In this document: in pieces, positions 63,190-64,000 of the stretch
Layout of the letters: every line of letters begins with the position of its first letter
Position numbering within the stretch: the first letter of the stretch is position 1
Source: Candidatus Omnitrophota bacterium
Lineage (GTDB): Bacteria; Omnitrophota; Gorgyraeia; Gygaellales; Profunditerraquicolaceae
Assembly: GCA_042577285.1 (NCBI GenBank)
Contig: JBHPDM010000003.1
Location: 825-64,824, forward strand
Direction: 5' to 3'
DNA length: 64,000 nt
Position numbers and translations under genes: made by a program
Notes under the pieces: generated by a model
Database searches by the model: none
What the model saw: only the letters and a program-made list of their open reading frames with translations
Told to the model about the DNA's origin: nothing

Positions 63190-63417
63190 ATAAGTGAGGC
63201 CACAGCTTATGGAGCGTAAGCGAACATAAGCTGTAAGGCCGAACTTATCCCGAGTCACAATCGAAAATAATATTAGTGACGAGGGATCCCTCGCAACAGC
63301 AGATTGATAAACGGTTGCTCGGGATTAATTCGCGCTTATAACTTACTCACACTTGCCGCACAAGCGGCACACCGGCTGTTCCAATACAGCCGAGTGTCGT
63401 GTTCGTAAGTTATGCGC
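63190..63417 (+). other. Candidate structured RNA / long 5' leader (four consecutive hairpin domains)
   Basis: Hand-paired hairpins at 63190..63248, 63248..63286 and 63288..63323, plus a branched domain at 63332..63417. The domain ends just before the AAGGAGG SD of the downstream gene. Confidence 0.35.
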
Positions 63418-63437
63418 TCATTAAGGAGGTGGCGAAG

Positions 63438-64000
63438 ATGAAAAAACTACTGTTGATTTTGTTCGCTCTGGCCGTAATTTTAAGTTTTTCGGTCAAGGCA
63501 TCCGGCGCCGATGAGGTCGTCTGGCAGAATATCGGCAGGGAGAATCTGGATCTGAAGAGCGTACTTGTCGATCCGCATGATCCTTGCGCTATATACGTCG
63601 GATCAAGTAATAGTATTTTAAAGAGTAGCGATGGCGGAGATAGTTGGAGGAGAGTATTCTCAGTCAGAGGGCAAAACAGCAAGGTTAATATTATTGTCTT
63701 GGATTCGCGTAGCAAAAAGCATCTCTATGCTGCAACCGGAAGTGGACTTTATTACAGCCGCAATCAAGGCGTGCGGTGGAAGAGGATCTTTAAGGGCAAG
63801 AGTGACGAAGAAGGACAGTGCGCTAGCGTAGTGGTTTCTCCGGGCACTATTTATTTAGGCACAAGGGCAGGTTTATTCTTCAGTAGAAATAACGGCCGCA
63901 ACTGGATCCGGAGCTCAGGTAAATTAGGTGATAGCCGGATATTGTCTATCGCTTTAGATTCGGGGGATACGGATTATGTGTATGCAGCATCTGTTGACGG
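63438..64000 (+). CDS. Secreted BNR/Asp-box repeat beta-propeller protein, 3'-truncated by the window edge (not in the ORF track)
   Basis: AAGGAGG SD and a signal peptide (MKKLLLILFALAVILSFSVKASG). Asp-box motifs SSDGGDSW, SRNQGVRW and SRNNGRNW. The frame is open to base 64000. Confidence 0.8.
   Translation, partial: MKKLLLILFALAVILSFSVKASGADEVVWQNIGRENLDLKSVLVDPHDPCAIYVGSSNSILKSSDGGDSWRRVFSVRGQNSKVNIIVLDSRSKKHLYAATGSGLYYSRNQGVRWKRIFKGKSDEEGQCASVVVSPGTIYLGTRAGLFFSRNNGRNWIRSSGKLGDSRILSIALDSGDTDYVYAASVD

Overview
The window is a dense, mostly + strand stretch of core bacterial genes. LptF/LptG, ADP-heptose epimerase (HldD) and two AsmA/DUF748-like proteins mark a diderm, LPS-making organism. 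One conserved hypothetical resembles a family I recall from the PVC superphylum (Planctomycetes/Verrucomicrobia/Chlamydiae), so a PVC or Omnitrophota-like origin is a low-confidence guess. Recognisable content includes: aminoacyl-tRNA synthetases (cysS partial, metG); tmk-holB-ricT; tsaE/tsaB; alr and murI; two peptidoglycan amidases; a dtxR-feoA-feoB iron operon with a near-consensus iron box; smpB-ssrA; a complete queD-queC-queE-queF preQ0/preQ1 operon; class I fumarase subunits; rph-rdgB; four tRNAs (Leu-CAG, Pro-TGG, Arg-TCT, His-GTG); alpha-glucan phosphorylase; ispH; and a membrane pyrophosphatase. I found no CRISPR array, transposase, integrase or known defence gene. The observations most worth follow-up are these. 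(1) An ECF sigma / zinc anti-sigma / CHAT-TM-TPR protease trio at 53.9-57.4 kb, whose logic resembles the sigma-control branch of type III-E CRISPR loci but with no CRISPR parts. (2) An EF-G paralogue carrying a 318-aa N-terminal membrane anchor, coiled coil and (EEPPP)n extension. (3) A ~100-bp nested-palindrome element present twice, each copy just upstream of an ATTGACAGGGGG promoter that drives a regulatory operon. (4) A tRNA-His-adjacent cluster at 34.7-36.7 kb of small zinc-ribbon, basic and RRM proteins, including three unlisted sORFs and a duplicated 67-bp promoter cassette. (5) A ~230-nt multi-hairpin RNA candidate upstream of a BNR-propeller gene. (6) An in-frame Maf-M48 fusion, and a perfect 92-bp tandem duplication at the ssrA 3' end. 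All calls come from reading the sequence and ORF translations by eye. No searches or folding computations were run.
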